IMG/VR virus record: IMGVR_UViG_3300033483_000001
Coordinates: 402 to 64,401 of that record
Origin: a virus
Taxonomy: Duplodnaviria > Caudoviricetes
Direction: 5' to 3' (one strand)
DNA: 64,000 bases
The first letter of the stretch is position 1; the number at the start of each line of letters is the position of its first letter. Positions 1-9,867 of the stretch are shown piece after piece. The notes beneath the pieces were generated by a model. The model was given only the letters and a program-made list of their open reading frames with translations. It made no database searches and had not been told where the DNA came from. The position numbers and the translations under genes are program-made.

Positions 1-13
1 AGTTTTCACGGCA

Positions 14-583
14 CTAGTCAGAGTTTACATGCACGCTGCCAAATTGCGTATGTTTTGCATGTGCCCCAAGGTGGATTACCGCCACGTTCCCGGTGTAAGT
101 GTCAAGCCCGCTACCTCTACGAGAGGCGCAGATCAGAAGCAGCGACGAGTAAGTATTGCTAACCGGGACAGGGATATCGGTAACGAATGAAGTGTAATAG
201 TATGTGTTGGCAAACTCTGTGCCATCGAAGGTCACATGATGCGCTCCAGTGACCCATGACGATTTCGCAGGGACCGTCGCTCCAATCGGTATGAGGCAAT
301 AGGAATAGTCGATGTAAAACGCGTGCCCAGCCGTCGGGACTTCACTCAACAGATAGTGGAAATTGATGTCATCGATAGCCGTGGAAGGCTTGACTTGGTG
401 GCTGATTTCAAGAGTCGACTGGAACATATCCGGCTTGACCTGGCCACGACGAAGCCAGTTCGCATAGTAGTCCGTGTCGCCGACAACATCCCGTTCCCAT
501 TGGGACGATCCTGTAGGGACAGTCTCCAGAGGTCCTATCAGATCGTCGTGCCCTGGGCGGACTGGTTTCATGCAGATTCTCAT
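14..583 (-). CDS. hypothetical virion/tail-associated protein
   Basis: 189 aa ORF co-oriented with and downstream of the tail fibre genes; aromatic/Thr-rich, beta-like composition. Confidence 0.6.
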   Translation of the reverse strand: MRICMKPVRPGHDDLIGPLETVPTGSSQWERDVVGDTDYYANWLRRGQVKPDMFQSTLEISHQVKPSTAIDDINFHYLLSEVPTAGHAFYIDYSYCLIPIGATVPAKSSWVTGAHHVTFDGTEFANTYYYTSFVTDIPVPVSNTYSSLLLICASRRGSGLDTYTGNVAVIHLGAHAKHTQFGSVHVNSD

Positions 584-587
584 GACG

Positions 588-971
588 TCAATCCTTGATC
601 ACGACGATTGGAAGTTTCCCATGGTCGCTGCTTCCATCGTAGAAGACCGCTCCCGTACCCCCGCTGGTTGCGTCGTATCGTATCCGCAGATACTTAGTCG
701 CGGTCTCGATGTTGTCGAGCGTCAGTGTGCCGGCCGACCCAGCTGGCTGAGCGGACCAAGGGATGTCTACCGAGTATTCGTCCCATGTACCACTTGCGTC
801 TCCGTGGTTTGAAACCTCAATGGAAAACGCGCCAACAGGAGAATCTGTGGATGGCCATGCTATCTGAACGCTAGCGATAGTCCCTCCATCAACAAGGATT
901 GGCTGCGACACCCTATCAGAGCTCATGTCTCCGCCGAAAACAACTTTTACAGTCTCGTATGTTCCGAGCAT
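588..971 (-). CDS. hypothetical virion-associated protein
   Basis: ATG at 971 with an AGGAG RBS upstream; small beta-rich protein in the late arm. Confidence 0.6.
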   Translation of the reverse strand: MLGTYETVKVVFGGDMSSDRVSQPILVDGGTIASVQIAWPSTDSPVGAFSIEVSNHGDASGTWDEYSVDIPWSAQPAGSAGTLTLDNIETATKYLRIRYDATSGGTGAVFYDGSSDHGKLPIVVIKD

Positions 972-1016
972 GACCCTACTCCTATCTACCTGCCATCCGT
1001 CTCTCAAACAGTGAAG

Positions 1017-1038
1017 CCGCGCCTCGAAAGGGGCGCGG
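1017..1038 (-). terminator. GC-rich hairpin, possible weak terminator or processing site
   Basis: CCGCGCCTC-GAAA-GGGGCGCGG in the gap between two minus-strand genes; only a weak U-tract (CTTCACTGTTT) follows on the minus strand. Confidence 0.35.
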
Positions 1039-1058
1039 TCCTAGGTCAGCCTACCATG

Positions 1059-1334
1059 CTACGTAGGCCAGGAAAATTCAGGTGGGATCGCAAAGTCACC
1101 CTTGAACTCGGCGTGCTTCGCCGCGAAGGCTGCAATCTTCGTTTCAAGCACTGCACCAGCGCTTGCTGCAGCGGTCTGCGCGGTCATCATGGCGGCTTTC
1201 GCAGCGTTATACGCTGTGATCGCATCTTGCAGATCGTTCCCGGACGGCTGACCGAGTTGCCCGTAATCTTCCTGTTGACTCGCATTCATTCCCATGTTCC
1301 TGTTGCTCCCATCGCCGGACTTCTGTTGTTTCAA
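1059..1334 (-). CDS. hypothetical Ala-rich helical protein
   Basis: 91 aa ORF filling the gap between tail fibre and downstream gene. Confidence 0.55.
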   Translation of the reverse strand: MKQQKSGDGSNRNMGMNASQQEDYGQLGQPSGNDLQDAITAYNAAKAAMMTAQTAAASAGAVLETKIAAFAAKHAEFKGDFAIPPEFSWPT

Positions 1335-1376
1335 AGCCTCGCGAACTTACCGGTATAGTATCGCGCTGCTGGTTGA

Positions 1377-4300
1377 CTATTGAGTTGGCCCAGTCCTGTA
1401 CACCGCCATCTTGGTCACGTTGACGTCAGCGTTGGCGTTCGTGTTTTGGCTGCACACAGCAACCCAAACGGCTGGCAGTCTGTATGCAGACCCGGACGAT
1501 GCCGCCGGCGCGACGTAGTTGCCTCCGCTTGTAAGGTCTGTGAATGCTGGCCACGACGTCCCGTATGATCCCCACAAGATATCCACAAACCATAGGTTGG
1601 TAATCCTGAAGGCGTATACGTCTAGGTTGCCATACAGTGCGAGGTTCTGAGCAGCCGTGCAGGTGCTCCCAGCGGAACAACCTAGCGTGCTGGTGTAGAC
1701 ATCGCTACCTGGGTTGTGCATGACCCCGACGTGCTGACCGTAATTGTAATAGCTGGTATTGTACTGCGACATCTGAGACACACGGACTCCGCTTGTTTGA
1801 ATTGCAGCATTCGGAACAACGCCGTTGCCGTACGTTACGTACGCAATGCCAGCCTCAAAGCGATCGTAGTTCGCGTTTGGAGTAGTGACATAGCCCATCT
1901 GGAGCAAAACCATGATGTCGCTCACCAAGTGCGCTTTGAGATTGCTGTTCAGGTTGGCAAGAGGGACCATGGCATACGGGCAAGTCATCGTCGTGCCAGA
2001 GTGGTTAGAATTGGTAGAGCTCGCCTTGATGTAGAGCCCCCTACTACTCGTGCCGAGGTTGAATGTGCCGGCAGCTGACCTGTTTCCGATCCACCACGTC
2101 TTCCCGTCGATCGTTGCCGTCCCATCGCTACCAGACCATGACTGCGACGCTTGGGCAGTGAAGTCGATTTCATACGCGAGCGTGTACGGGATGGCTTCGG
2201 CCACCGTGGCAGATCCATACGTGCCATCACCTCTCAGCACGTCCGAAACGCTTCCTGACAGCTTCGGCAAGAACCCGTGAGCGCTAACGGTCGCATCGTT
2301 CGTCGTGTAGTCAGATAGAGACAGCCCTGTTTCGTCGATTATCACGTCTCCGTTCCCGCCATAAAGGTCGAAGCAAATCCGATCGGTATCGATCGTCCAA
2401 CTCCCGAAGTCCTTGTAGCGAGCACGTGCGCCTCCGTATAGTGCCCCAAAACGGACGAGGGCCTCCATCCCGTCAATGAAATCGGTCTCCGCTGACGCAT
2501 CTCCGGTGCGAGAGATTTTCGGCTTTGTAACCCCAGCCTCGCCTGGTTCAATCACCTCGAAGATGCCATTGTTGACCTGCCCGTTAGTGGAGGCCTGGCA
2601 CCTTCGAAGAGGGTTCCCTTTTGTTCCTGGCTGCGCAACCAGCACGCGATCGCCAGCGGAAACGGTGATACCGCTCTCTACGTAAGAACTCCCAGTGAGC
2701 GCGATTGCGCTAGTGTGTTCCCACACCCCAGGCGACGCCAGGGTGAAGCTAGACATGGTTGACCCGCTAAAACCGAGCAGGTAATCGACCGACTGCAGGT
2801 TGGCGACGACGGGAGACACCCGGACCTTCTGAGTCGGAGGAGACCCGGTCGTCGATACGTATAGACCCTGGCCAGCCTCGATCTTCTGATTCAGGTAGTC
2901 CGCACCGTCTCCGTTGGCAGCCGCCACCTTTTCGTCCGCGCTAGTTCCACCAGATGCTGAAATAGTGCCAGTTTGAGTGGTCGAAATGCTGGTCACAGTC
3001 GCGGTCGATGTCCCTGTGCCTGTAGTAATCGTCACGTTGCTTCCAGCAATGATCTGTCCTACGGTGTTGTGAATCTGCACGGTCTGACTTGGCGGCGCAC
3101 CTTCCAGGGACAGGTAGAGCCCTTGACCTGTGTCGGCTGACATTTTCTGATAGAGGTAGTCGATTCCGTCTCCGTTGGCAGCCGCCACCTTCCCGACGTA
3201 GTTGGCCGGCGCAGCCGTCGAGGTGAAAGAACCTCTCGGTCCGGTAAGCCTCGTAACCGCGACGAGCTTGGCCTTGGCAGAGCCCCCGAAATCGTTCCTA
3301 GCGTGGAATACGAGTTGGGCTACCGCGGTGAACTCTGCGAATGGCAGTGTCCCAAGCGATAATCCAGTTGGAGTCTCAGCAAGCGCTGCCGCCTGGGTTG
3401 TGTATGCTGTCTGCCCTGGGATCACGATGAATCGCTGGTTGCTCGAATCGAGAGCTGGGGTAACCACCACGTAGCTCGTGAGGTATTGACCTCCTGCCAG
3501 CCCTGACAAGTCCGCCGTCGTCCACCCAGTTCCACCGCCTGCGTCGTAATTCCGTTGCGGATATGTTCCATACAGGAACGGAAGGGAGGTCCCAGTCGTC
3601 CAGGTCCAATATCCAGAAATCCCTGAACGTCTCCAAATTGTGTAGCCAGGGCCGTCGGATTTCGACGTAGCGGTGTACAGGTTGTCCTCGTCGACTATCA
3701 CTGCCTCGCTGATGGAATACTGGATAGCAGCGTCTGTGTCGGTGTCGAGAGAGTAGTCCCCTAGAGAACCGCCGGAAATCAGCATCGTACCGACGGCGAG
3801 GTGCTGCTGCACATGCCACCCGATGTCGCGATCCCACCCGTGCAGCTCAGTGTATCCTGCCCCTGTGCCCCCTACGCTGGACCAATAGACATAAGCGGTC
3901 GGTGCGTAGGTGTGCAGGTTCCAGAATGTCTGCGACCACGTCCAGCCACCGCCGCCAGCATGGTAGAAAAACCACGCCCCTTCGGTGGCTGTGTGAGCGG
4001 CGCTCTCGTACGGAGACGAGACGGTATACTTCGTCCCGCGTACCCAGACGTCGAATGATCCGCCGGCCGTGGCAGTGATCGTGATCTTCCGAGTGGAAGG
4101 AGAATAGGCCACCGTCACCAGCCGATTCCCAGACGAATCCAGAGGCCACCCATGCGGGTCGGGTGTAACCGTCGATGCAGTGAATGTGCATGTGCCAGTA
4201 CCGCTACCAGGGATGGAGCATGCGCTGCCGTTGAGTTCGACTGCGTGCCCGCGGTTCTGGGCAGCTAGGATCAGGTGATCCGAATCGAGGTTAGCGTACC

Positions 4301-4388
4301 CATAGAACGCGCCTGCCGCGTACGAAGATGCGAACAGGACAGCCATCGTTGCCAACCAGAAATGCCACTTGCTAACTCGGATCTTCAT
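1377..4388 (-). CDS. large tail fibre / receptor-binding protein
   Basis: ~1000 aa, G/S/T-rich, follows baseplate genes; contains a GDRVLV...NNGIFEV module typical of fibre proteins; ATG at 4388 overlaps the upstream stop (ORF track start 4415). Confidence 0.75.
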   Translation of the reverse strand: MKIRVSKWHFWLATMAVLFASSYAAGAFYGYANLDSDHLILAAQNRGHAVELNGSACSIPGSGTGTCTFTASTVTPDPHGWPLDSSGNRLVTVAYSPSTRKITITATAGGSFDVWVRGTKYTVSSPYESAAHTATEGAWFFYHAGGGGWTWSQTFWNLHTYAPTAYVYWSSVGGTGAGYTELHGWDRDIGWHVQQHLAVGTMLISGGSLGDYSLDTDTDAAIQYSISEAVIVDEDNLYTATSKSDGPGYTIWRRSGISGYWTWTTGTSLPFLYGTYPQRNYDAGGGTGWTTADLSGLAGGQYLTSYVVVTPALDSSNQRFIVIPGQTAYTTQAAALAETPTGLSLGTLPFAEFTAVAQLVFHARNDFGGSAKAKLVAVTRLTGPRGSFTSTAAPANYVGKVAAANGDGIDYLYQKMSADTGQGLYLSLEGAPPSQTVQIHNTVGQIIAGSNVTITTGTGTSTATVTSISTTQTGTISASGGTSADEKVAAANGDGADYLNQKIEAGQGLYVSTTGSPPTQKVRVSPVVANLQSVDYLLGFSGSTMSSFTLASPGVWEHTSAIALTGSSYVESGITVSAGDRVLVAQPGTKGNPLRRCQASTNGQVNNGIFEVIEPGEAGVTKPKISRTGDASAETDFIDGMEALVRFGALYGGARARYKDFGSWTIDTDRICFDLYGGNGDVIIDETGLSLSDYTTNDATVSAHGFLPKLSGSVSDVLRGDGTYGSATVAEAIPYTLAYEIDFTAQASQSWSGSDGTATIDGKTWWIGNRSAAGTFNLGTSSRGLYIKASSTNSNHSGTTMTCPYAMVPLANLNSNLKAHLVSDIMVLLQMGYVTTPNANYDRFEAGIAYVTYGNGVVPNAAIQTSGVRVSQMSQYNTSYYNYGQHVGVMHNPGSDVYTSTLGCSAGSTCTAAQNLALYGNLDVYAFRITNLWFVDILWGSYGTSWPAFTDLTSGGNYVAPAASSGSAYRLPAVWVAVCSQNTNANADVNVTKMAVYRTGPTQ
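2905..3191. repeat. internal direct repeat in tail fibre gene
   Basis: identical 26 bp CCGTCTCCGTTGGCAGCCGCCACCTT at 2905-2930 and 3166-3191; protein repeat KVAAANGDGxDYLxQK. Confidence 0.9.
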
Positions 4389-6310
4389 TACGCTGATACT
4401 CCACAAAGTTGCCAAGCACCAAGGCTTGTTAGGTACACATACTCCACCACGGCCCTGGTCATCAAATTGATATCATTGTACTCTTCGCCCATCATTGCGA
4501 GGCTGTTGTTCAGCAGCGGAGACGCTCCAGCCCCTGGAGAGCCGTTGTGCTGCAAGATGATTTGGCCCTCTTCTCCAAGCTGCGCGCCATAGACGATGAG
4601 GGTCACTCGGTCGCCATTCTGCCACCCGGATGTCGCGATTCCAGAAACCGTATCGCCGGGAGAGAGCGTCACCTCGCTAGTCCATGCTCGGTCTGGGATT
4701 GTGATGACACCACCGGCGAATGTCCCGGAGGCGTACGGAGGACGCCCCACGGTTGGCAGGCCATCGAGAACCGTCATGGCGCCATCTAGAGTGGAGACTC
4801 CTGTAAGGTTTCCAGTGAATCCATCAAAGCCAGACAGGTCAACCGTCGTATCTTCGTGCTGCCCGACTCCTCCAACCCTGTCATTCTTGTTCGTCAGGAG
4901 TCGGTGGTCCGTCGTCCCGAACCCTGGGACGTCGAACGTGGTCACGACGTGCGTCCCGCGCAGCGAACTGTTGTAAGTGAAGCTCACGGACACTGGGGTT
5001 GTCGACGTCGTGATGAATTCGAAAATGAGTTGTAGCCCGTAGTCTGGCGGGAATGCGTAGTCTTCATCTAGAGTCCCTTGGCACACCAGATCCCTCGACG
5101 ATTGGCTATACAGAGAACTCCAGTCGATCGGCTCGGTCGTTGCTTGGCACAGAAGCGTCCCCAACGCTTCGACGCGGTCCCATGCGTAGAGAGAGACCCT
5201 AATCGTGTTGACTCCATCTCCAGCATCTCCTGAAAGGATAACGTCTTGCAAGTGGAAGTCGTTCTTCCCAGCAGGGAACACTGCGATCGCAGGAGAACCA
5301 AGCGGAGTGGAGAACACCGGAGACATTGCAACCGTCTCATTGGTTGCAGTGGCGCTCATGTCTGTGGCCGTTGTCGACGCTCCTCTCGTCACAAGCTCGG
5401 CGGCAGACAAGAGCTCGTACGAATCAGCCCACGAATGAGTTCCAGAGAAAGTCCAGTTCTGTTCGGTTGTCCCCAGGTCAACGGTGGCATCCTGAAGTGT
5501 CGCGTATTGCCCACCGAAGTTACTACCTCGCGCAACCAGGAACGTCATGTACTGGACAAAATCACCGTCCGTGTTGTAGTTCAGATCGCGCTCTAGCCTT
5601 GCGTGAGTGGCTACGTAAACAGCTCCCTCATAGTGTCCACCGACGTCCTTCACCCTCCACACGCCGTGCGCCTTCTTGTCGGCCGTTCCCAACTCGGACG
5701 ATGGCGGAAGAATGACCAGCGAGTTCAGGAATGACGACGTCCCAGATGCATTGTGGGTGTCAGGGTCGACACCGTCGAACCAGGCGTATGTGAGTGGGCC
5801 AGTGGCGTCTCTTTGCATCACCCCTGGGATAATCTCGGTCCATCCCACGAATGGCAGATAGCCACCACATCCCTCAAGCCCAAACACACATACCACCTCG
5901 CCACGGTTCAGCGGGTCCGGAACAAGCGCGGTGTACAGAGAAGAGCCGGTGTCCGAAGTGGGTGGCGAGCCGATGCCTGTTACCGGCCAGATGAGAGACC
6001 AGTCGTATACCCCTGTCCCGTTCTTGCACCAAATCGCAACGGGGATTTCTTGGTCGCTCTCCCAGATTTCAAGCTGCCAAGCGATGGTCTTCGTCGGCCA
6101 CGGAGTCGTCCCAGTCGAGTAGCATGCAACCTCCGTAGGGTTGACGTATAGGTCGATCCAGATAGGGTCGAACGACAGCGCCAAGGCGTTGCAGATAGCC
6201 CGCCAAATGCGATGCTTGCGCTCTTCAAGAGTGCCAGTGGAGACGTCAAGCGGAGGGCTATTTAGCGCGTCCGCTACCGCATCGCCTATCAGGTCGCCAC
6301 GTGCGCTCAT
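4388..6310 (-). CDS. tail fibre / tail-associated protein
   Basis: 640 aa, tightly coupled to its neighbours, beta-rich, between short fibre and large fibre genes. Confidence 0.7.
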   Translation of the reverse strand: MSARGDLIGDAVADALNSPPLDVSTGTLEERKHRIWRAICNALALSFDPIWIDLYVNPTEVACYSTGTTPWPTKTIAWQLEIWESDQEIPVAIWCKNGTGVYDWSLIWPVTGIGSPPTSDTGSSLYTALVPDPLNRGEVVCVFGLEGCGGYLPFVGWTEIIPGVMQRDATGPLTYAWFDGVDPDTHNASGTSSFLNSLVILPPSSELGTADKKAHGVWRVKDVGGHYEGAVYVATHARLERDLNYNTDGDFVQYMTFLVARGSNFGGQYATLQDATVDLGTTEQNWTFSGTHSWADSYELLSAAELVTRGASTTATDMSATATNETVAMSPVFSTPLGSPAIAVFPAGKNDFHLQDVILSGDAGDGVNTIRVSLYAWDRVEALGTLLCQATTEPIDWSSLYSQSSRDLVCQGTLDEDYAFPPDYGLQLIFEFITTSTTPVSVSFTYNSSLRGTHVVTTFDVPGFGTTDHRLLTNKNDRVGGVGQHEDTTVDLSGFDGFTGNLTGVSTLDGAMTVLDGLPTVGRPPYASGTFAGGVITIPDRAWTSEVTLSPGDTVSGIATSGWQNGDRVTLIVYGAQLGEEGQIILQHNGSPGAGASPLLNNSLAMMGEEYNDINLMTRAVVEYVYLTSLGAWQLCGVSA

Positions 6311-6319
6311 TGCCGATCG

Positions 6320-7000
6320 CTAGGCTTTCGTCGCCTCTATCGTGAGTTCCCAGTCGTCTCCAAGCCCGCCTACGCCTCCGACAGTGAACTCCCATCCATG
6401 AGCGATCCTGGTAAAGTTGGCATAATTCCCGTCGTTGCCTGCCGACGACTGTAGGCTCCAGGTCAAAAAGTCCTCAGGCAACAGTGACCACAAAGATGAA
6501 TCGATCACTATCTGTCCGCTGGCGTCCGGGAGCGTCCCTGTCACACAGAATGACAGCTTTGCCGATGCCCCATGTCGCACGAGCAACGCCGCTTCGAGTG
6601 TCAACCCTGTACCCGTGAGCGTGGTAAGCGAACTAATGTCCGCTGATTGACAGTCTCGAATCGCCCAGTAGTTCGTATCTGTCGGAGCCACGCCCTGAGA
6701 AGATGACCCGCCAATCCTCTGGTATAGCCTCCCGGAGTATTGGGCAAAATCTCCTGTGCTGTAGGTTTCTGTAGAATCGTAGTCTGGGATCCCACGCGAT
6801 CTGAGATACGCAACCCATCCGAAAACACGATTGAGCAGCCAGTTCACAATCTCATACGCTGGCGCTGGCGTTCCTGTGTATCCGCTAAGCTTCAGTCCGT
6901 CGGAAGGCTCATAGACATCGCCAGGGTCTGCCGAGTATCCCCAAACGATTTCCCTACTTGAAGGCGGAGAACTGCTCATGTGATTGCCACTCCTGCCCAC
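6320..7000 (-). CDS. baseplate-proximal tail fibre protein
   Basis: N-terminal NWLLNRVFGWVAYLRSRGIPDYDSTETYSTGDFAQYSGRLY resembles fibre attachment plus CBM5/12-like motif; directly after the baseplate wedge gene. Confidence 0.7.
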   Translation of the reverse strand: MGRSGNHMSSSPPSSREIVWGYSADPGDVYEPSDGLKLSGYTGTPAPAYEIVNWLLNRVFGWVAYLRSRGIPDYDSTETYSTGDFAQYSGRLYQRIGGSSSQGVAPTDTNYWAIRDCQSADISSLTTLTGTGLTLEAALLVRHGASAKLSFCVTGTLPDASGQIVIDSSLWSLLPEDFLTWSLQSSAGNDGNYANFTRIAHGWEFTVGGVGGLGDDWELTIEATKA

Positions 7001-7614
7001 GTACCAGTGGGCGTTGAAACCTCGCTGAAACCCATGCCGCCAGTGATGAGCGGCACTCCTGGATTGCTGACTGTAGAAAAGCAGAAGAAGTCAGATGATG
7101 CTCGATCTGTCAATGTAAGCCTTACACCAGACGGTTTGGGGAGGATGCCTCCCGGCGTGAGACTGTCTCCAGACGCGATCGAAAGCACGCTCTTTTCGTC
7201 GTCTGTCAGAAGCCTTCCGATTTGCGCTTCCATGGCCATCCACCCAGTGTCAACCACATGGACGTCCGGGCTGCCAAACAGGAACATCAATGCTGTGTGC
7301 ATGTCGGGCACCGTTCCCTTGCACTTGTTACGCGCGATCTTGGCCAGCACGAGAACTCGGAACTCGGCGTCAGACAGCGTGTCTCCGCTTGGCAACGTGC
7401 GGGAAGCTCCCACCAGCCCGCCGCACAGGTCGAGCTGTTCTCCCGTCGCAGTCGTCGGGTCAATCGCCTCGCCGATGGCTGCGAATACCGTCTCCAGGTT
7501 ATTCGGGACAGCGGCGATTGCCGTGAGAAACGCCCGGAAGTGCGTCTTGTCCGTGTACTGCGATACCAGACGCGAAAGCATCTGGGTGACGTGGGCTATG
7601 GTGGTGATGTTCAT
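6976..7614 (-). CDS. baseplate wedge protein (DUF2612-like)
   Basis: TATGEQLDLCGGLVGASR and LSDAEFRVLVLAKIARN motifs; follows baseplate J. Confidence 0.8.
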   Translation of the reverse strand: MNITTIAHVTQMLSRLVSQYTDKTHFRAFLTAIAAVPNNLETVFAAIGEAIDPTTATGEQLDLCGGLVGASRTLPSGDTLSDAEFRVLVLAKIARNKCKGTVPDMHTALMFLFGSPDVHVVDTGWMAMEAQIGRLLTDDEKSVLSIASGDSLTPGGILPKPSGVRLTLTDRASSDFFCFSTVSNPGVPLITGGMGFSEVSTPTGTWAGVAIT

Positions 7615-8807
7615 GTTGCCGTCACCAGAATGTGCGCGGTTTCGAAGCGCGCAATGGCATCGAAATCAATTGCCACATTCTGCCAAGGAGTTGAAGGGCT
7701 TGGGGCTGTGCCCATGCGGACCTCAGTGACCGAGTATCCAGTGATACCTGCCGCAGAAATCCAGGTCAACACATCTGACCACGCAAACTCGTTGTTAGAG
7801 TCGCCGCCGATTGGGACGGCGCCTGGCTGTTCAGAGGCTGCGACGATTGCAGCGGCGATCGTGGTTTCCGATCCGTCTACCCAACCTGCTCGCTTTGTGA
7901 TGTCCAATTCGATGTAGACGTCAACGTCAGTTGGGCGAGAGAACCTGATCGTGTGTTCATGCCCTTGCACATCGGTTACCGTCCGCTCGACGTCGCCCAT
8001 CATCGAGCATCCGCCGGACTTCGTGAGCCAGATGGCTTCAGCGATCTCGTCCTGGTCGCCTCCATCGACGATGGCATAGATGCAATGAGGGGCAAGCGTT
8101 CCGCCTGGCATCGCCTTCGGATCGTCGAGTTCATTCTCCCAAACCACGGCCTGTGCTACATCGTCAAGGTTGGCGATCGCGGCGTAGACTCCATCAGTGA
8201 TTGCCTGCGAAGGAGCGGCCACCGACCGCGCGTACCTTGCCCGGAGTCGTTCGTCCGTCTCCTCGGCGTAGCCTCTGGTCGCGTCGGCGGCATTCGTGAC
8301 CGCCGTCCACCCTGAGATCACGGTCTGAATCCTGGTCAGCGTACCGGCCGGCGCTTGATAGTCTCCCTCAGCGCTGCACCTGACTGTCCCAGTGGTTGGC
8401 GATGCGCCAATCGTGACGGTCGCGGTGGGCGACCACGTGATCGTCGAGTCCGTCTCGGTGGTGCTGCGAATGAGCGCGGTAGTTGGGATAACCGTCCCGT
8501 TTGTTCCGGTGAACGTACACGTGGCCGTCGAGTAGGCACCAGAGTTTCGCGAGATTCCAGCAAGACGCACAAGCCTTGTCAGCGCATCTCCAGTGGCTCC
8601 GTCGATGAACAGGTTATTGTACTCTCCCTCGGCGATATCGTCTAGATTCGCGAACATCTCGGCAAGAGCCCCAATGATCTGGCCGTCGCGCGACTCCGGG
8701 TCAACGTCTATGGTGGCTCCTAGCGCGCTCTGCCAGATACCCTGAAGCTCAGTGATTCGCTCGGCCAGCGTGCTCTTGGTGAATCCGCCCGTCGTTAGCG
8801 TGGTCAT
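7611..8807 (-). CDS. baseplate J-like protein
   Basis: ATGDALTRLVRLAGISR and ETDERLRARY motifs. Confidence 0.9.
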   Translation of the reverse strand: MTTLTTGGFTKSTLAERITELQGIWQSALGATIDVDPESRDGQIIGALAEMFANLDDIAEGEYNNLFIDGATGDALTRLVRLAGISRNSGAYSTATCTFTGTNGTVIPTTALIRSTTETDSTITWSPTATVTIGASPTTGTVRCSAEGDYQAPAGTLTRIQTVISGWTAVTNAADATRGYAEETDERLRARYARSVAAPSQAITDGVYAAIANLDDVAQAVVWENELDDPKAMPGGTLAPHCIYAIVDGGDQDEIAEAIWLTKSGGCSMMGDVERTVTDVQGHEHTIRFSRPTDVDVYIELDITKRAGWVDGSETTIAAAIVAASEQPGAVPIGGDSNNEFAWSDVLTWISAAGITGYSVTEVRMGTAPSPSTPWQNVAIDFDAIARFETAHILVTAT

Positions 8808-9190
8808 GGGATGGATACCTCGATGTTTTCGACGTCGCCATCATCGGTCTTAACCGTGGCTGCGACGGTAGCGGCGCGCGTATTACGGTCCAGTGACATG
8901 GTGAAAGCGACAAGCTCCGAAACCCCTTCGGTGTCTAGGATCGCCGTCTTCAGGGTGCGCTCAACGTATCCGAGATCCACCGCCTTGACTCCCATGATTG
9001 GCGGGTCAATCGAGCCTGGCAACGCGAACCATGGAACCCCGACGTCTGGATCTAGAAACCACTCCGCCTGGACTAGAAGTAGCCGACAGCGCAACTTCTG
9101 CGCGGTGGAAGCGCTGAAAGCGACGACGTTGCCGAACCCACCGACCATGTCGCCGCTCGAATCCAACTGTCCTGCGATGAGCGTCCCCAT
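8804..9190 (-). CDS. baseplate gp25/gp46-like protein
   Basis: LLVQAEWFLDPDVGVPWF motif; start at 9190 (MGTLIAG). Confidence 0.8.
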   Translation of the reverse strand: MGTLIAGQLDSSGDMVGGFGNVVAFSASTAQKLRCRLLLVQAEWFLDPDVGVPWFALPGSIDPPIMGVKAVDLGYVERTLKTAILDTEGVSELVAFTMSLDRNTRAATVAATVKTDDGDVENIEVSIP

Positions 9191-9192
9191 GT

Positions 9193-9867
9193 CTATACCT
9201 TCCCCGCGAGCACGCGCGCGCACCCGCACCCTAGCGCTCCATGGGTGACTCCAAGGATAGGGCACGGATCGCCACCGATGAGCACGCCATTGAGCAACTG
9301 AGTAGCTCCAGGTGGAGCATTGAGCTGCACCGTGCCACCTGGACTGGATGAGCAAATGATGTTCCCGGTCCCGTCGATGCTCACGCTTGACGTTCCATCG
9401 CGCGCGCGAAGCTGGACCTTGTCCGTGCTCACGCTTGATAGCGCCCGCGGCTTGCTATTCACTCCGACGAGTGCAAACGCGTCGGAAAGGTCGTGTGTGC
9501 GATATTCTGCTGGAAGCTGCACCCCGCCATTTTGCCACCAATAGTCGATGGCTCGCTCGGAGAAAATCAGGATGCACTCGTCGTTGGCCGACACTGGGAA
9601 CGTCAGGACGAACCCGCCTCCGCCTGGGAAGCACACGGGGACGTCAACAAGCTCTGGGAGGTTCACCGCCCCCTGCTGGGCAAAGATGCGCTGAATCCCT
9701 GGCTGCACCTTCGCCGTCTGCGTAGACGAATCGAAGCTCACGATGTGCCCAGGCAGACACGTGTGAAGGTCCATTGCGCGTTCTTCGATATGCGCGGCAA
9801 TGGCAGCGGCCTGTTCATCAACCGCTGCTTCGTCACGGTCGAGGTCTGTCAACGTTGTGTCGCTCAT
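9193..9867 (-). CDS. baseplate central spike (Gp138-like)
   Basis: LHTCLPGHIVSFD, DVPVCFPGGGGF and HDLSDAF motifs. Confidence 0.85.
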   Translation of the reverse strand: MSDTTLTDLDRDEAAVDEQAAAIAAHIEERAMDLHTCLPGHIVSFDSSTQTAKVQPGIQRIFAQQGAVNLPELVDVPVCFPGGGGFVLTFPVSANDECILIFSERAIDYWWQNGGVQLPAEYRTHDLSDAFALVGVNSKPRALSSVSTDKVQLRARDGTSSVSIDGTGNIICSSSPGGTVQLNAPPGATQLLNGVLIGGDPCPILGVTHGALGCGCARVLAGKV

